Part shown: positions 8,608 to 17,324 of the stretch, piece after piece | How positions within the stretch are numbered: the stretch's first letter is position 1 | Layout: every line of letters starts with the position of its first letter | Sequence record: OM362897.1 | Direction: 5' to 3' (one strand) | From: Escherichia phage SKA64 | Length of the DNA stretch: 64,000 nt | Program-made: the position numbers and the translations under genes | The notes under the pieces: generated by a model | What the model was told of the DNA's origin: nothing | Seen by the model: only the letters and a program-made list of their open reading frames with translations | Database searches by the model: none

Positions 8608-9283
8608 AACAGTTTTGTCTATGTTTGACGGATCTGGGATCATGGTGTTACGTTATGCCGAAGCAGGTCACAAGTGTTTTTGTGTAAACGCTGATGAAGG
8701 GGATCACGGTAAATACGAGGTTAGGATGGAGCACCCAAACATAACCTATGTGAATGCCTGGATAGATTCTACATTCAACCCTGAAGATCATGGGATACCT
8801 AAACCCGATATTATTTTTGGATTTCCACCTTGTACTATGTTAGCAGGTAGTGGTAGCAAACACGAACGTAGCACAGAGGAATTAGATGAAGCTTTAGCTA
8901 ATATTCGTGTAGTGGAAGCTTTGGGTAACAAATATAATGTTCCTTGGATGATTGAGAACCCAGTAGGTAAACTTTCAACCTTATGGCGTAAACCCGATTT
9001 TTACTTTGATCCTTATGAATATGGTGGGTATTTGTTTGAAGAGGAAGGAAGCTTTCATCCTAAAATGCCTACCCGTGATGGGTATACAAAGAAAACTTGT
9101 ATTTGGCACGGCAATGGTTTTGTTCAACCAGTGAAGAAACCAGTAGATCATATAGGCTGCTTCTGGGGTTGGAAAAGCTTAGGTGGAGCTAGTGCAAAAA
9201 CAAAACAACTTAGATCCCTAACCGCACGTGGTTTTGCTCGTGCCGTGTTTTTGTCTAACAATCTTCTAGATAAGGAGAAATAA
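8600..9283 (+). CDS. short C5-cytosine methyltransferase-like protein (catalytic core only)
   Basis: ATG 8600 after GGAGGGG; SMFDGSG (motif I-like), FGFPPCTMLAGSG (motif IV Pro-Cys-like), MIENPVGK (motif VI ENV-like); no obvious target-recognition domain at 228 aa. Confidence 0.45.
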   Translation: MSKTVLSMFDGSGIMVLRYAEAGHKCFCVNADEGDHGKYEVRMEHPNITYVNAWIDSTFNPEDHGIPKPDIIFGFPPCTMLAGSGSKHERSTEELDEALANIRVVEALGNKYNVPWMIENPVGKLSTLWRKPDFYFDPYEYGGYLFEEEGSFHPKMPTRDGYTKKTCIWHGNGFVQPVKKPVDHIGCFWGWKSLGGASAKTKQLRSLTARGFARAVFLSNNLLDKEK

Positions 9284-9933
9284 TGTCAAATTCAAAACCA
9301 GTAGTTGCTTATCAAGTAGATCGTAATGATGGTGAAGGAAGTGTTGTTATTTTCAGTACACACGGTCTTGAGGCTCGTCGAAAAGGTGCATATCGTTTAG
9401 AATGTGAGTTTGAAGACTGCACAAGCCACCGTGTGAAACAATTCGATCAATATGCTGATAAAGGCTTCGTCCCTATCAAAGCCTTACTGGAAGATGGTTG
9501 GTGGGTATATTCTGCTTTTGATGGTGTTAGACTCGACGAACCTGTAGGAGGTCTTGAGGCAGATTTTGACGAATGCGAAGATGGCTTGTATATTGAAGAG
9601 GATCTTGTATTTTCCCTTGACGAGAAAAGCGTGTGGAAGAACTGGGAAGAAATGGAACGTCACGCGCATTTTATCAACAATGCTTTGATTCGTAAAGCTT
9701 GGTTTATGGAGGCGGTGAAGGTAGCGTATCCGCAGTTCACCTTTACAGAGGTTTGGGGCGGTCCACACCACATCACCCATACAGCATTTTTCGACTTCCC
9801 TGGTTCACGTTACAAAGGTAATATAATGTGGGACTGGGATGAGAATAAAGTACCATCTGTTAAAGACTTTCGTTGTTATGTTTGCCAAGGCGATCAAGAA
9901 GCCCTTGACAAATACCTACAAAGTCTGGTATAG
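9283..9933 (+). CDS. hypothetical protein
   Basis: ORF track; ATGTCA overlap with upstream stop. Confidence 0.55.
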   Translation: MSNSKPVVAYQVDRNDGEGSVVIFSTHGLEARRKGAYRLECEFEDCTSHRVKQFDQYADKGFVPIKALLEDGWWVYSAFDGVRLDEPVGGLEADFDECEDGLYIEEDLVFSLDEKSVWKNWEEMERHAHFINNALIRKAWFMEAVKVAYPQFTFTEVWGGPHHITHTAFFDFPGSRYKGNIMWDWDENKVPSVKDFRCYVCQGDQEALDKYLQSLV

Positions 9934-9950
9934 TGCCAGCATCTGAACAA

Positions 9951-9980
9951 AGCCTCCTGTTTCAGGGGGCTTTTCTTTTA
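9951..9980 (+). terminator. rho-independent terminator
   Basis: agcctcctg-tttc-agggggct hairpin then TTTTCTTTT. Confidence 0.6.
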
Positions 9981-9991
9981 TGGGAGGAAAT

Positions 9992-10483
9992 ATGTTTCAA
10001 GTAGAAATTCATGTGCACAACAGTTGTTCAAATTGCGAGACTTGTGGTTACAATAGTTCAACCATGATCACTATTAGCGGAGACTTAGGAGATGCCAAGT
10101 TTGGCGAAGTCGCAAGCTGCTTCAGCGGAGAGGATGCAGATTGGCATGATATTGCACACTGGTTGGTGAGCAAACTAAAAGAAAAAGAGAAACCATTTCC
10201 TACTCTGCTTGATCGTTCTCTTGTGGAAGATGCAGGTAAAGCATATGCAGACTATGCGTATGCAGACGGGAAATATTTGGAAGATGATAAGGCTAACCAT
10301 TTGCTTTATGTTTACTATGAAGCTGAATCTGCCTACGATAATTATTACAGCATGTCCAACATTCTACGTTTGTTTGCGGAGTTTGATATTTACTTTGAAG
10401 TGAGTTATTCTCAAGACGAAGTGTACGATTTGGATGACGAAGATTATGATGATTATGAGGAGGAAGAATGCCAAGACGATTAA
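9992..10483 (+). CDS. hypothetical Cys-containing protein with acidic tail
   Basis: ATG 9992 after GGGAGG; track start 9980 lies in terminator T-tract. Confidence 0.55.
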   Translation: MFQVEIHVHNSCSNCETCGYNSSTMITISGDLGDAKFGEVASCFSGEDADWHDIAHWLVSKLKEKEKPFPTLLDRSLVEDAGKAYADYAYADGKYLEDDKANHLLYVYYEAESAYDNYYSMSNILRLFAEFDIYFEVSYSQDEVYDLDDEDYDDYEEEECQDD

Positions 10484-11268
10484 TAGTGATCAGCGGCGCG
10501 GGTCTAAGCGCCGATAGCGGTGTACGTACTTTCCGCACTGACACAGAAAGTGGCAAAGCTTTGTGGGATGAATACGACCTTTCTGAAGTGTGCGACATTT
10601 TCAACTTCCGTGCTGGATACCAACAAGAACAGTGTGTTCCTGGGGCTGTTGGCGGATTAGATGCAGAGGGATACAACCTCTACCGTAAAACTCATGACTT
10701 CTACAATAAACGTCGCGTAGAGATGGATAGTGTAACTCCTAACGCTGCGCATTACCAGATCGCGGAATGGTTCCAAGAGTACGGCTGTGATCGTGTTATC
10801 AACATCACGACAAACGTAGATGATCTTCTGGAACAAGCAGGTGTTGTTCATGAAGATGTTCTACATGTTCACGGCTTCCTGCCTGAAGTGATCGTAGACA
10901 ATAGAATCATCAAAGATGTTGGCTATGCTGCTATCGATGTGGATGATTACAAGTATGTGAAGCCCAATGTAGTGTTCTTTGGGGAGACTGCCCCATTGTA
11001 TAACGATATGTACCACATCTTAGACGGCTTGACGGCTCAAGATATGGTGATTGTAGTGGGTTGCTCTAATCAAGTTATCAATTTTAACTGGGAGCTTTTT
11101 CCTGCTCTTAACATCGGAACAAAAATGGTTGTAGTTAACCCTGGAGTTAATTACGAAGAAACACTTCTCTATGAAGATCGTGGAGTTTTTGTTTACCGAG
11201 AAAAAGCTGCAACAGCCTTCAGCAATGAAGGTTTCATTAAAATGGTCGAAGACCACTTAAACAAATAA
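10468..11268 (+). CDS. Sir2-family (sirtuin-like) NAD-binding protein
   Basis: GAGLSADSGVRTFR, TTNVDDL, LHVHG, VVFFGE sirtuin motifs; no Cx2C...Cx2C zinc module seen. Confidence 0.8.
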   Translation: MPRRLIVISGAGLSADSGVRTFRTDTESGKALWDEYDLSEVCDIFNFRAGYQQEQCVPGAVGGLDAEGYNLYRKTHDFYNKRRVEMDSVTPNAAHYQIAEWFQEYGCDRVINITTNVDDLLEQAGVVHEDVLHVHGFLPEVIVDNRIIKDVGYAAIDVDDYKYVKPNVVFFGETAPLYNDMYHILDGLTAQDMVIVVGCSNQVINFNWELFPALNIGTKMVVVNPGVNYEETLLYEDRGVFVYREKAATAFSNEGFIKMVEDHLNK

Positions 11269-11277
11269 ACCACTCAA

Positions 11278-11302
11278 GGGGCTTCGGCCCCTTTCTTATT
11301 AG
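11278..11302 (+). terminator. rho-independent terminator
   Basis: aaggggcttcggcccctt hairpin plus T-rich tail. Confidence 0.65.
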
Positions 11303-11311
11303 GAGAATAAA

Positions 11312-11584
11312 ATGACTGAAGAAATCCGTGATTACTACCTTGCACATTACGTTTACTACTTTGCCAATGCTACACAAAAAGGGGAAGGTAATCTTTACTT
11401 GGCAACAGGGCATGGAACAGGCGTTAGGAAATCAAATATTGATAACGCCTTGGCTCAAGTGGCTGCTGGGCTAGAAGATAAACTTCAAACACCTGTAGTT
11501 GTAGTGATGCAAAACATAAGTTACCTAGCAAGCTGTACTGAAACCGAATTTAACGCGTCTGAAACGCAATCTAACGAAGAATAA
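11312..11584 (+). CDS. hypothetical protein
   Basis: ORF track; AGGAG RBS. Confidence 0.5.
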   Translation: MTEEIRDYYLAHYVYYFANATQKGEGNLYLATGHGTGVRKSNIDNALAQVAAGLEDKLQTPVVVVMQNISYLASCTETEFNASETQSNEE

Positions 11585-11587
11585 AAC

Positions 11588-11619
11588 AAAGGCACCCAAG
11601 TGGGTGCCTTTTCTATTTT
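11588..11619. terminator. bidirectional terminator at convergent block boundary
   Basis: aaaggcacccaagtgggtgcctttt with A-run before and T-run after. Confidence 0.6.
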
Positions 11620-11653
11620 AGAGCGTCTCTGTTCGATTTAGGTGGGTTCTAGC

Positions 11654-11884
11654 TTACTTGTGCAGTGCTCTCTCGTATAACTCAATGATCAATTCATCCT
11701 CTACTGTAATACGCGCCATTTGATCCGTCTTGAGTATTGTTGGTTGGTAGTGGTGCATTTCACTATTGATACTACAATCCCATTCGTCATAACCTAAATA
11801 CTCTCCTACATGGACCTTAACCATAAAGGGAAACGGGTTATCTACCAAAAATGCCATACAACCTTCTTCGATTTTATTTAACAC
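11654..11884 (-). CDS. hypothetical protein
   Basis: ORF track. Confidence 0.5.
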   Translation of the reverse strand: MLNKIEEGCMAFLVDNPFPFMVKVHVGEYLGYDEWDCSINSEMHHYQPTILKTDQMARITVEDELIIELYERALHK

Positions 11885-11907
11885 ACGACCTCCTATTGCT
11901 ACAGATA

Positions 11908-11931
11908 TGAAAAAACCCGCCGAAGCGGGTT
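11908..11931 (-). terminator. rho-independent terminator (minus strand)
   Basis: acccgccgaagcgggt hairpin; U-run on minus strand after it. Confidence 0.6.
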
Positions 11932-11975
11932 CTATTGCTACGATAGGATCACTATCCTATAGTATTGTTTCTGTG

Positions 11976-12257
11976 TCAAGCCTTAGCGTAGAAAAACTTC
12001 TCATATTCAGATTTTGTTACGATTGTGGGGCAACCTTTTGTTCCATCCTCGATAACAGGGGCTTCTACCATTCTGGTGTTGAATAAGCAATAAGTTCCAC
12101 GCATGTAAATACCCAGTTTTGTTTCTACGATGTGCTCTTTACTTACGCTTGAAAACTTAATCTCACCATCGGAGTCTCTTATAGCAATAAGCGCATGTTC
12201 GGGCCAATCTTTTCCTTTTGCTCCTAAAGCATTATACAATTCTTGAACGAGTTCCAT
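11976..12257 (-). CDS. hypothetical protein
   Basis: ORF track; GGAGG RBS on minus strand. Confidence 0.5.
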   Translation of the reverse strand: MELVQELYNALGAKGKDWPEHALIAIRDSDGEIKFSSVSKEHIVETKLGIYMRGTYCLFNTRMVEAPVIEDGTKGCPTIVTKSEYEKFFYAKA

Positions 12258-12269
12258 ATGACCTCCTTA

Positions 12270-12443
12270 TTAAATAACAAATTTTTCTTCTTCTGGCTTA
12301 TCGTAATCTGGAGAATAAACATGTGCGGGATTAAAACCTTTAAAATTTCCGCGACCTTTACGTGGACAGTTGAATGTGCGAGCTTGATGATCCCCAAAAG
12401 ATTTCCCACAATGCATACATTTAAAATCAGTGCGTTTAGTCAT
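12270..12443 (-). CDS. small zinc-ribbon protein
   Basis: internal ATG (MTKRTD) with AAGGAG RBS preferred over track start; CMHCGK...NCPRKG cysteine pairs. Confidence 0.5.
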   Translation of the reverse strand: MTKRTDFKCMHCGKSFGDHQARTFNCPRKGRGNFKGFNPAHVYSPDYDKPEEEKFVI

Positions 12444-12495
12444 GCCATATCTCCTTTTAAAAGGCTGCACCTATTGAAGATGCAGCTTTGATAGA

Positions 12496-12597
12496 TTATT
12501 TAGATGAGTCTAAAATGTCTTTTACTTTTGCCGTGATAACGTCTTGATATTTGTTAATAAGATAGCCTACAACTACACCTACGATAAATGAAACCAT
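12496..12597 (-). CDS. 33 aa hydrophobic peptide (not in ORF track)
   Basis: ATG after AAGGAG; MVSFIVGVVVGYLINKYQDVITAKVKDILDSSK; fills gap between flanking genes. Confidence 0.35.
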   Translation of the reverse strand: MVSFIVGVVVGYLINKYQDVITAKVKDILDSSK

Positions 12598-12606
12598 TAT
12601 TTCTCC

Positions 12607-13215
12607 TTATTTAAGTGGTGAGAGAACAATCTCTCGGTTTTTTAAGAACCAAAGCATGTCATCTTGATCATAGTCTGATCCCTCTGTAGTAGAATTTTTG
12701 ATAGAATCAAAAAACCAACGAGGTATACCAAAACAACTTCCAGATGACTGCATGTCTTTCTGCGACATTTTAAATGTGATTGGAAAATCACAATTATCAA
12801 TCTCTCGTATATCTGCTGAAGATAAGATTGTAACTTCAACCAGTTCGTCGTTAGATGTAGTATCGTTGTCTTCCTGAATAATGTCAAATGCTTTTTGCAC
12901 ATCTTTTGCATCTAATGTTAAACCTGTGGCTTTCTGAAAAGCCGAAACAAAAATTAGAGCTTCTTCAGAGCAAGGGGCTTCCAGCAAATGAGCCATAATA
13001 GGTGACAAGCAAATGTTAAGATCTTTGTCATACCAACGAACAATCCACACAGGCGTTGCTCCGTTTTGTTTGTCACGAGCCAAAATTGTAACGTGCTGAC
13101 CTTCTTCTGGTATATGATACAAACCAGAAAAACCAGGGCCTGTAGTAGATTTTTTGACACGTGCTACGTGTCCCACTTCTAAAGGATCTTTACCATCCCA
13201 AATCTTCTCTTCCAT
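12607..13215 (-). CDS. hypothetical protein
   Basis: ORF track; GGAGG RBS. Confidence 0.55.
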   Translation of the reverse strand: MEEKIWDGKDPLEVGHVARVKKSTTGPGFSGLYHIPEEGQHVTILARDKQNGATPVWIVRWYDKDLNICLSPIMAHLLEAPCSEEALIFVSAFQKATGLTLDAKDVQKAFDIIQEDNDTTSNDELVEVTILSSADIREIDNCDFPITFKMSQKDMQSSGSCFGIPRWFFDSIKNSTTEGSDYDQDDMLWFLKNREIVLSPLK

Positions 13216-13223
13216 ATAACCTC

Positions 13224-13487
13224 CTAAATAACATCTTTGAAATAGTGAATCACTTCAATATTATGGTACAAAGTGCTTCGCTCTTTTGTGTACTCTGTTT
13301 TAGTAACAAACACTTTTGCAATACCGTACTTATGTGCTGGTAGGTTTGGATTGGTTTGCATAATTTCTTTCACTACACTTATAGTTTCGTGCTCGGATTC
13401 CCAATAAGTGAAGTAACCCTCACTATCAACGATTAAAGACTCGTTTTCAAGATCTACAAAACAGAAAAATATTGACGGATGGCTCAT
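13224..13487 (-). CDS. hypothetical protein
   Basis: ORF track. Confidence 0.5.
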   Translation of the reverse strand: MSHPSIFFCFVDLENESLIVDSEGYFTYWESEHETISVVKEIMQTNPNLPAHKYGIAKVFVTKTEYTKERSTLYHNIEVIHYFKDVI

Positions 13488-13651
13488 TCTTTTTCTTCAA
13501 CCTTCCTCAAAGCTTTTTGATCGAATATAGCGTGTTGCAACTCGCCGTTTTCATCAAACCAAGTTACTTTACAAGATTCACCATAACTTTCTATTACTGT
13601 CATTTGTTTGTTTGCACCTTTAAGACAAACCACATCACCTACTTGCATCAT
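13484..13651 (-). CDS. 55 aa small protein (not in ORF track)
   Basis: ATGA overlaps with both neighbours; AAAGGA RBS; MMQVGDVVCLKGANKQMTV... Confidence 0.4.
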   Translation of the reverse strand: MMQVGDVVCLKGANKQMTVIESYGESCKVTWFDENGELQHAIFDQKALRKVEEKE

Positions 13652-14097
13652 GATTGAGTTCCTTTTTGTTTTTCAATAGCTGCACGAATTTCTGCTAAAG
13701 GCTCTGCTACCAGATCTTCAACTTCTTGGATTTGTTCATTCATTACGTCACGAACCATTTGAATCCGCTCTTCAAGGGAAACAGCAAGTTCATCTGCATA
13801 AGCCATATTAAGAACGTGGTAGAAATTTTCTTGTGCACTTAAAGCACCAGATAACAAATAATCCTGATCTTCCTCTGGTAAAAGCATGTGTTGCTCATAT
13901 TCAGCAAAAGTGTTTTTGTTAATCTCAAGCAAAGCACCCATCATAACATCATACTGATAATCTTTATGACCAGGGTTGTTTAAAATAACATCTTCAAAGA
14001 TATTAAGAAGAATCTTAGTAACAAAAGCATTGTTTTCGGCACCTTCCATCTGACGGATTACCGTGATTACTTCTTTTTCTTTAGCGTTTTGGCTCAT
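13648..14097 (-). CDS. hypothetical protein
   Basis: ORF track; GAGGAG RBS. Confidence 0.55.
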   Translation of the reverse strand: MSQNAKEKEVITVIRQMEGAENNAFVTKILLNIFEDVILNNPGHKDYQYDVMMGALLEINKNTFAEYEQHMLLPEEDQDYLLSGALSAQENFYHVLNMAYADELAVSLEERIQMVRDVMNEQIQEVEDLVAEPLAEIRAAIEKQKGTQS

Positions 14098-14287
14098 AGT
14101 GTTTCTCCTCTGATTCTATTTGGATATAACCTGTGGTTTTGCACGGGTTACACTCGTAAATTTGACCTACATCCGCCATAACATATCCTGCACCACCACA
14201 ATAGGGGCAAGACATAGGAGGACAAGGTATGGACGTAGTGATTGTTACGACATTATCAATTTTCAACATTTTCGCCATTATTACCAT
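14081..14287 (-). CDS. small zinc-ribbon protein
   Basis: ORF track; CPYCGG...CNPCK. Confidence 0.5.
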   Translation of the reverse strand: MVIMAKMLKIDNVVTITTSIPCPPMSCPYCGGAGYVMADVGQIYECNPCKTTGYIQIESEEKHYEPKR

Positions 14288-14529
14288 TCCGCTATTAACG
14301 TCAAACCAAGTGCATCGTTAAAACGCTCAACATTTGAGTATAGGTATGGAGGGGTTATTTGCTCTAAAATTTGTGCTGCTTCCACTTGGTGCTCTATGTT
14401 TTGAGAAGTTCGGGCATAAACTAAGACACCCATTTTATTCAAAATAAAAACAGAATCAGACCCATCCAGCTTATCAACGGCTGCATACATTTTAGTCATA
14501 TCTTCTCCTGGATTACCATTCAGCAACAA
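14281..14529 (-). CDS. hypothetical protein
   Basis: ORF track. Confidence 0.5.
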   Translation of the reverse strand: MLLNGNPGEDMTKMYAAVDKLDGSDSVFILNKMGVLVYARTSQNIEHQVEAAQILEQITPPYLYSNVERFNDALGLTLIAEW

Positions 14530-14728
14530 GACTAGGATTCATAGCAAAAGCTTTGAAAGTTGTTATATCATGACTAACATTAAAACTAACACCTTTTACT
14601 TTCTCTAGTATTTGAACTTTCGTCTCTCCGTCCCACGGTAGGATGATAACACCATCTTCTGTGATCAACCACCAATGGTTCTCTCCATCTCGTGAATCTT
14701 TTGCTTTGTATAGAAAATTGGAACTCAT
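14513..14728 (-). CDS. hypothetical protein
   Basis: ORF track; GGAGGAAGA RBS. Confidence 0.5.
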   Translation of the reverse strand: MSSNFLYKAKDSRDGENHWWLITEDGVIILPWDGETKVQILEKVKGVSFNVSHDITTFKAFAMNPSLVAEW

Positions 14729-14929
14729 TCTTCCTCCTGTTCGGTATTATTCACTTGTGAGACACAATGTAACACAAGCTTTGTGAGTTTGTCAAGGATC
14801 TAATTACATTCTACAGAAGAAGAGGGTTAATAACTATAGGAATAGTCTTACTATAGGTGCAATACTAGTTAAGAGTTAGATTGATAGGTAAGATTTATCT
14901 TAAACAGATAATTGATAGGTGAATCAGCA

Positions 14930-14995
14930 TTGACTTTTTCAAAAAAATATGGTACCCTAAACATATGTTTACGAGCGATAGCGAGTAGTAGATTT
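14930..14995 (+). repeat. conserved about 65 bp element, copy 1
   Basis: TTGACTTTTTCAAAAAAATATGGTACCCTAAAC, 12 nt variable, GAGCGATAGCGAGTA; near-identical copy at 50073-50138. Confidence 0.45.
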
Positions 14996-15088
14996 CTATA
15001 TAATAATGTTTCATGTTACTCACGATAGTGAGGTATGAAACGTAAGTGAAGGTAGATAAACTATGATCATCTATCTACCATCTATTAA

Positions 15089-15298
15089 TCAATATAGATC
15101 TAATGTTAGACTAACAGTTATCCAACAAACAATAGCAGTCCATATAACAAGTAATGATCTACAAACTACATCCCATTCAAATACATTGTATGTTAACCAT
15201 TCTCCCATCACAACAGAAGAACCCAACCAACATCCAACAACAACTATAATCCAATAAAAGAATCCTACAGTAGAGTATACAGCAAAAGCTTTTAACAT
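15089..15298 (-). CDS. small hydrophobic membrane protein
   Basis: ORF track; GGAGGAAAG RBS; antisense + ORF 15063..15257 judged spurious. Confidence 0.45.
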   Translation of the reverse strand: MLKAFAVYSTVGFFYWIIVVVGCWLGSSVVMGEWLTYNVFEWDVVCRSLLVIWTAIVCWITVSLTLDLY

Positions 15299-15711
15299 CT
15301 TTCCTCCAGAAGTTGTTCAACAGTTTGACGAGTATGATTGTCCCAGTAAACCTTAGTGAAGTCAAGAGTTCCTTGTTCGTTTCTCTTAGTTTCGAAGAAG
15401 TATCCACCTTCTCTTTCTACTCTGTCTCTAATGTGCTCTATGAGATGCTTTTTACAAGGCGCTGATAAACAATAGTCATACTCCCCACGAAGCAATGCTA
15501 TAGCTGCAAGTCTGTTATCCCCAACTTGAGATATTGTCCAAGAAAGCATACTACCTTCTATACCTAAAGGTGTTTGTTTAATTGAATATCCACCATACCG
15601 ACTGATAGAAATTATGGCAAGTGGTTCTCCTGTTAGAGATCTTCCTAATGCACCTTCTGTTGGACTTCCTTCAACAATACGTTTGAAAAAAGCTTTGATC
15701 TTACCTAACAT
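15292..15711 (-). CDS. hypothetical protein
   Basis: ORF track. Confidence 0.55.
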   Translation of the reverse strand: MLGKIKAFFKRIVEGSPTEGALGRSLTGEPLAIISISRYGGYSIKQTPLGIEGSMLSWTISQVGDNRLAAIALLRGEYDYCLSAPCKKHLIEHIRDRVEREGGYFFETKRNEQGTLDFTKVYWDNHTRQTVEQLLEERC

Positions 15712-15728
15712 AAGTCCCCCTTAAAAAT

Positions 15729-15863
15729 TTACTTGTTTAAAGTATCTCTTACTTGTTCTGCTTGACGTTTAGTAATAAAAGTCCCAACCGAAACGTTAAA
15801 CTCATTGACTACAGAGAACGATCCATCACGGTTCTCACGAATATTAAACAATTTCTTACTCAT
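15729..15863 (-). CDS. 44 aa small protein (not in ORF track)
   Basis: ATG after AAGGAGG; MSKKLFNIRENRDGSFSVVNEF... Confidence 0.45.
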   Translation of the reverse strand: MSKKLFNIRENRDGSFSVVNEFNVSVGTFITKRQAEQVRDTLNK

Positions 15864-16059
15864 TTCTACCTCCTTCAATGCTTTGTGCCGTACCATCCCA
15901 AGCCATTAGAATGTTTTCCAATAGTTCACGAGGCTCTTTAAACCAAACTTCCATTTCATCAAGAATCTCGTCCGTGTCGTAAGTATAACCTGGAACACCA
16001 AGTTCACATTTCTTAAGATAGCTTTCTAACCAGCGGTGATAATTCTTAACCCCATTCAT
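15856..16059 (-). CDS. hypothetical protein
   Basis: ORF track. Confidence 0.5.
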   Translation of the reverse strand: MNGVKNYHRWLESYLKKCELGVPGYTYDTDEILDEMEVWFKEPRELLENILMAWDGTAQSIEGGRNE

Positions 16060-16432
16060 ACTGTGCTACCTTTTCTTTTACCCAATCTACACGATCTTTA
16101 TCATAATGTTGAGTGCCAAGGAAAAGACCATTGTGGAAACTTTCCTCACCGAAAGGATAAATTAGATCTAAACCATCTTCTTCAAACAACATTTTTAATC
16201 TGTTTGATGTAGATTTCTTAGTTTCTGAATTGTAGTTTGTGGTTATAAGCCAATCTTCCAAACAACGACACAAGCCTTGACGAGAATCCCAAGGAAAAAC
16301 ACAATCTCCGACAGGAGCTTGTTCCGCCCATTTCAACCAACCTTTAAAAAAGTTATACAATATGTAGTCTTCAGTGTAATACATTAGCGCCTCCTTTACA
16401 TATACAATAACACCCCGCAGAACGGGGTGCAA
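16046..16432 (-). CDS. paralog family A member
   Basis: shares F-x-K-x-WL, GLC-x-CL, PF and C-terminal WV-x-(D/E)-(K/R)-(I/V) blocks with five other ORFs. Confidence 0.55.
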   Translation of the reverse strand: MHPVLRGVIVYVKEALMYYTEDYILYNFFKGWLKWAEQAPVGDCVFPWDSRQGLCRCLEDWLITTNYNSETKKSTSNRLKMLFEEDGLDLIYPFGEESFHNGLFLGTQHYDKDRVDWVKEKVAQYEWG

Positions 16433-16435
16433 CTG

Positions 16436-17047
16436 TTATTTAATCTGTTTGAAAATTTCGTTTGGAACAGTACCGTTTAAAATACCTTCTACGATCTCCT
16501 GTGCAGACGTGTAAGAGAGTCCAAAAGAAGCTACGCCTAAAATTGCCTCCTTCAAAGGATCTGGCAGGGGTTCAAAGTTACCTGCAACAAAGCCACCTGC
16601 ACAAGCAGCGCCTTCATCATCCCAGAAAACAACTGCTACATCGTTACCATGCGAAGTCGTGCGATGTGCAATAACTTCAACTTCGGTGCCTTCTTTAGGA
16701 ACAGAATAAGAACTGTCCCAAGAATATCTTTCCAAATCAGGAACAAAGATAACCTTTTCACCTACTGGCGGCAGTTCACAACGATAATACCAAGAATTTT
16801 TTTCGTTCATTGTTTTATTTTCCTCCACGTCTTCAAAAGTAACGATCCAATCGTAGCCGTAAGAAAACGGATATTTTAGATCTAAAGAATAAGTTTGACC
16901 CAGATCGTCCTCAACAAGAACCATCCTATCAAAGTTTGCGATGTTAGGATTATGTTTAATGACAGGGTATGTTTCCCCTACAGTAAATTGTCCCAAATGG
17001 TAAAGTTCATCTCTCCAAGTAATTTGGATATGAGTGCATTGAATCAT
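16436..17047 (-). CDS. hypothetical protein
   Basis: ORF track. Confidence 0.55.
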   Translation of the reverse strand: MIQCTHIQITWRDELYHLGQFTVGETYPVIKHNPNIANFDRMVLVEDDLGQTYSLDLKYPFSYGYDWIVTFEDVEENKTMNEKNSWYYRCELPPVGEKVIFVPDLERYSWDSSYSVPKEGTEVEVIAHRTTSHGNDVAVVFWDDEGAACAGGFVAGNFEPLPDPLKEAILGVASFGLSYTSAQEIVEGILNGTVPNEIFKQIK

Positions 17048-17051
17048 AAAA

Positions 17052-17324
17052 TCACCCCCAAGAAATATTTATATATCTTACAATGTTTGCACTGTCTAAA
17101 GCCATGTTTGCACCACACCCACGCTCGCGCCAGTAACTAACAATACCTTCACAGATACTCTCTTGTATCTTCTTATCACTTGGCATTTCTAGTATAAGAT
17201 TTGGGTTATGGATGTTTATGTTATAATATCCTTCCTCTGCGGCTTGAGCTACCAATTTACTTACTTTTTCAAAGTACGGGGAATTAGTGGCATCTGCTAT
17301 TGTTTTTAAGGTTTGTCTATCCAT
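17052..17324 (-). CDS. hypothetical protein
   Basis: ORF track. Confidence 0.5.
   Translation of the reverse strand: MDRQTLKTIADATNSPYFEKVSKLVAQAAEEGYYNINIHNPNLILEMPSDKKIQESICEGIVSYWRERGCGANMALDSANIVRYINISWG

Noticed and set aside
9980-9991. Track start at 9980 for the 9980..10483 ORF
   Set aside because: That ATG lies inside the terminator T-tract with no RBS; the ATG at 9992 follows GGGAGG.
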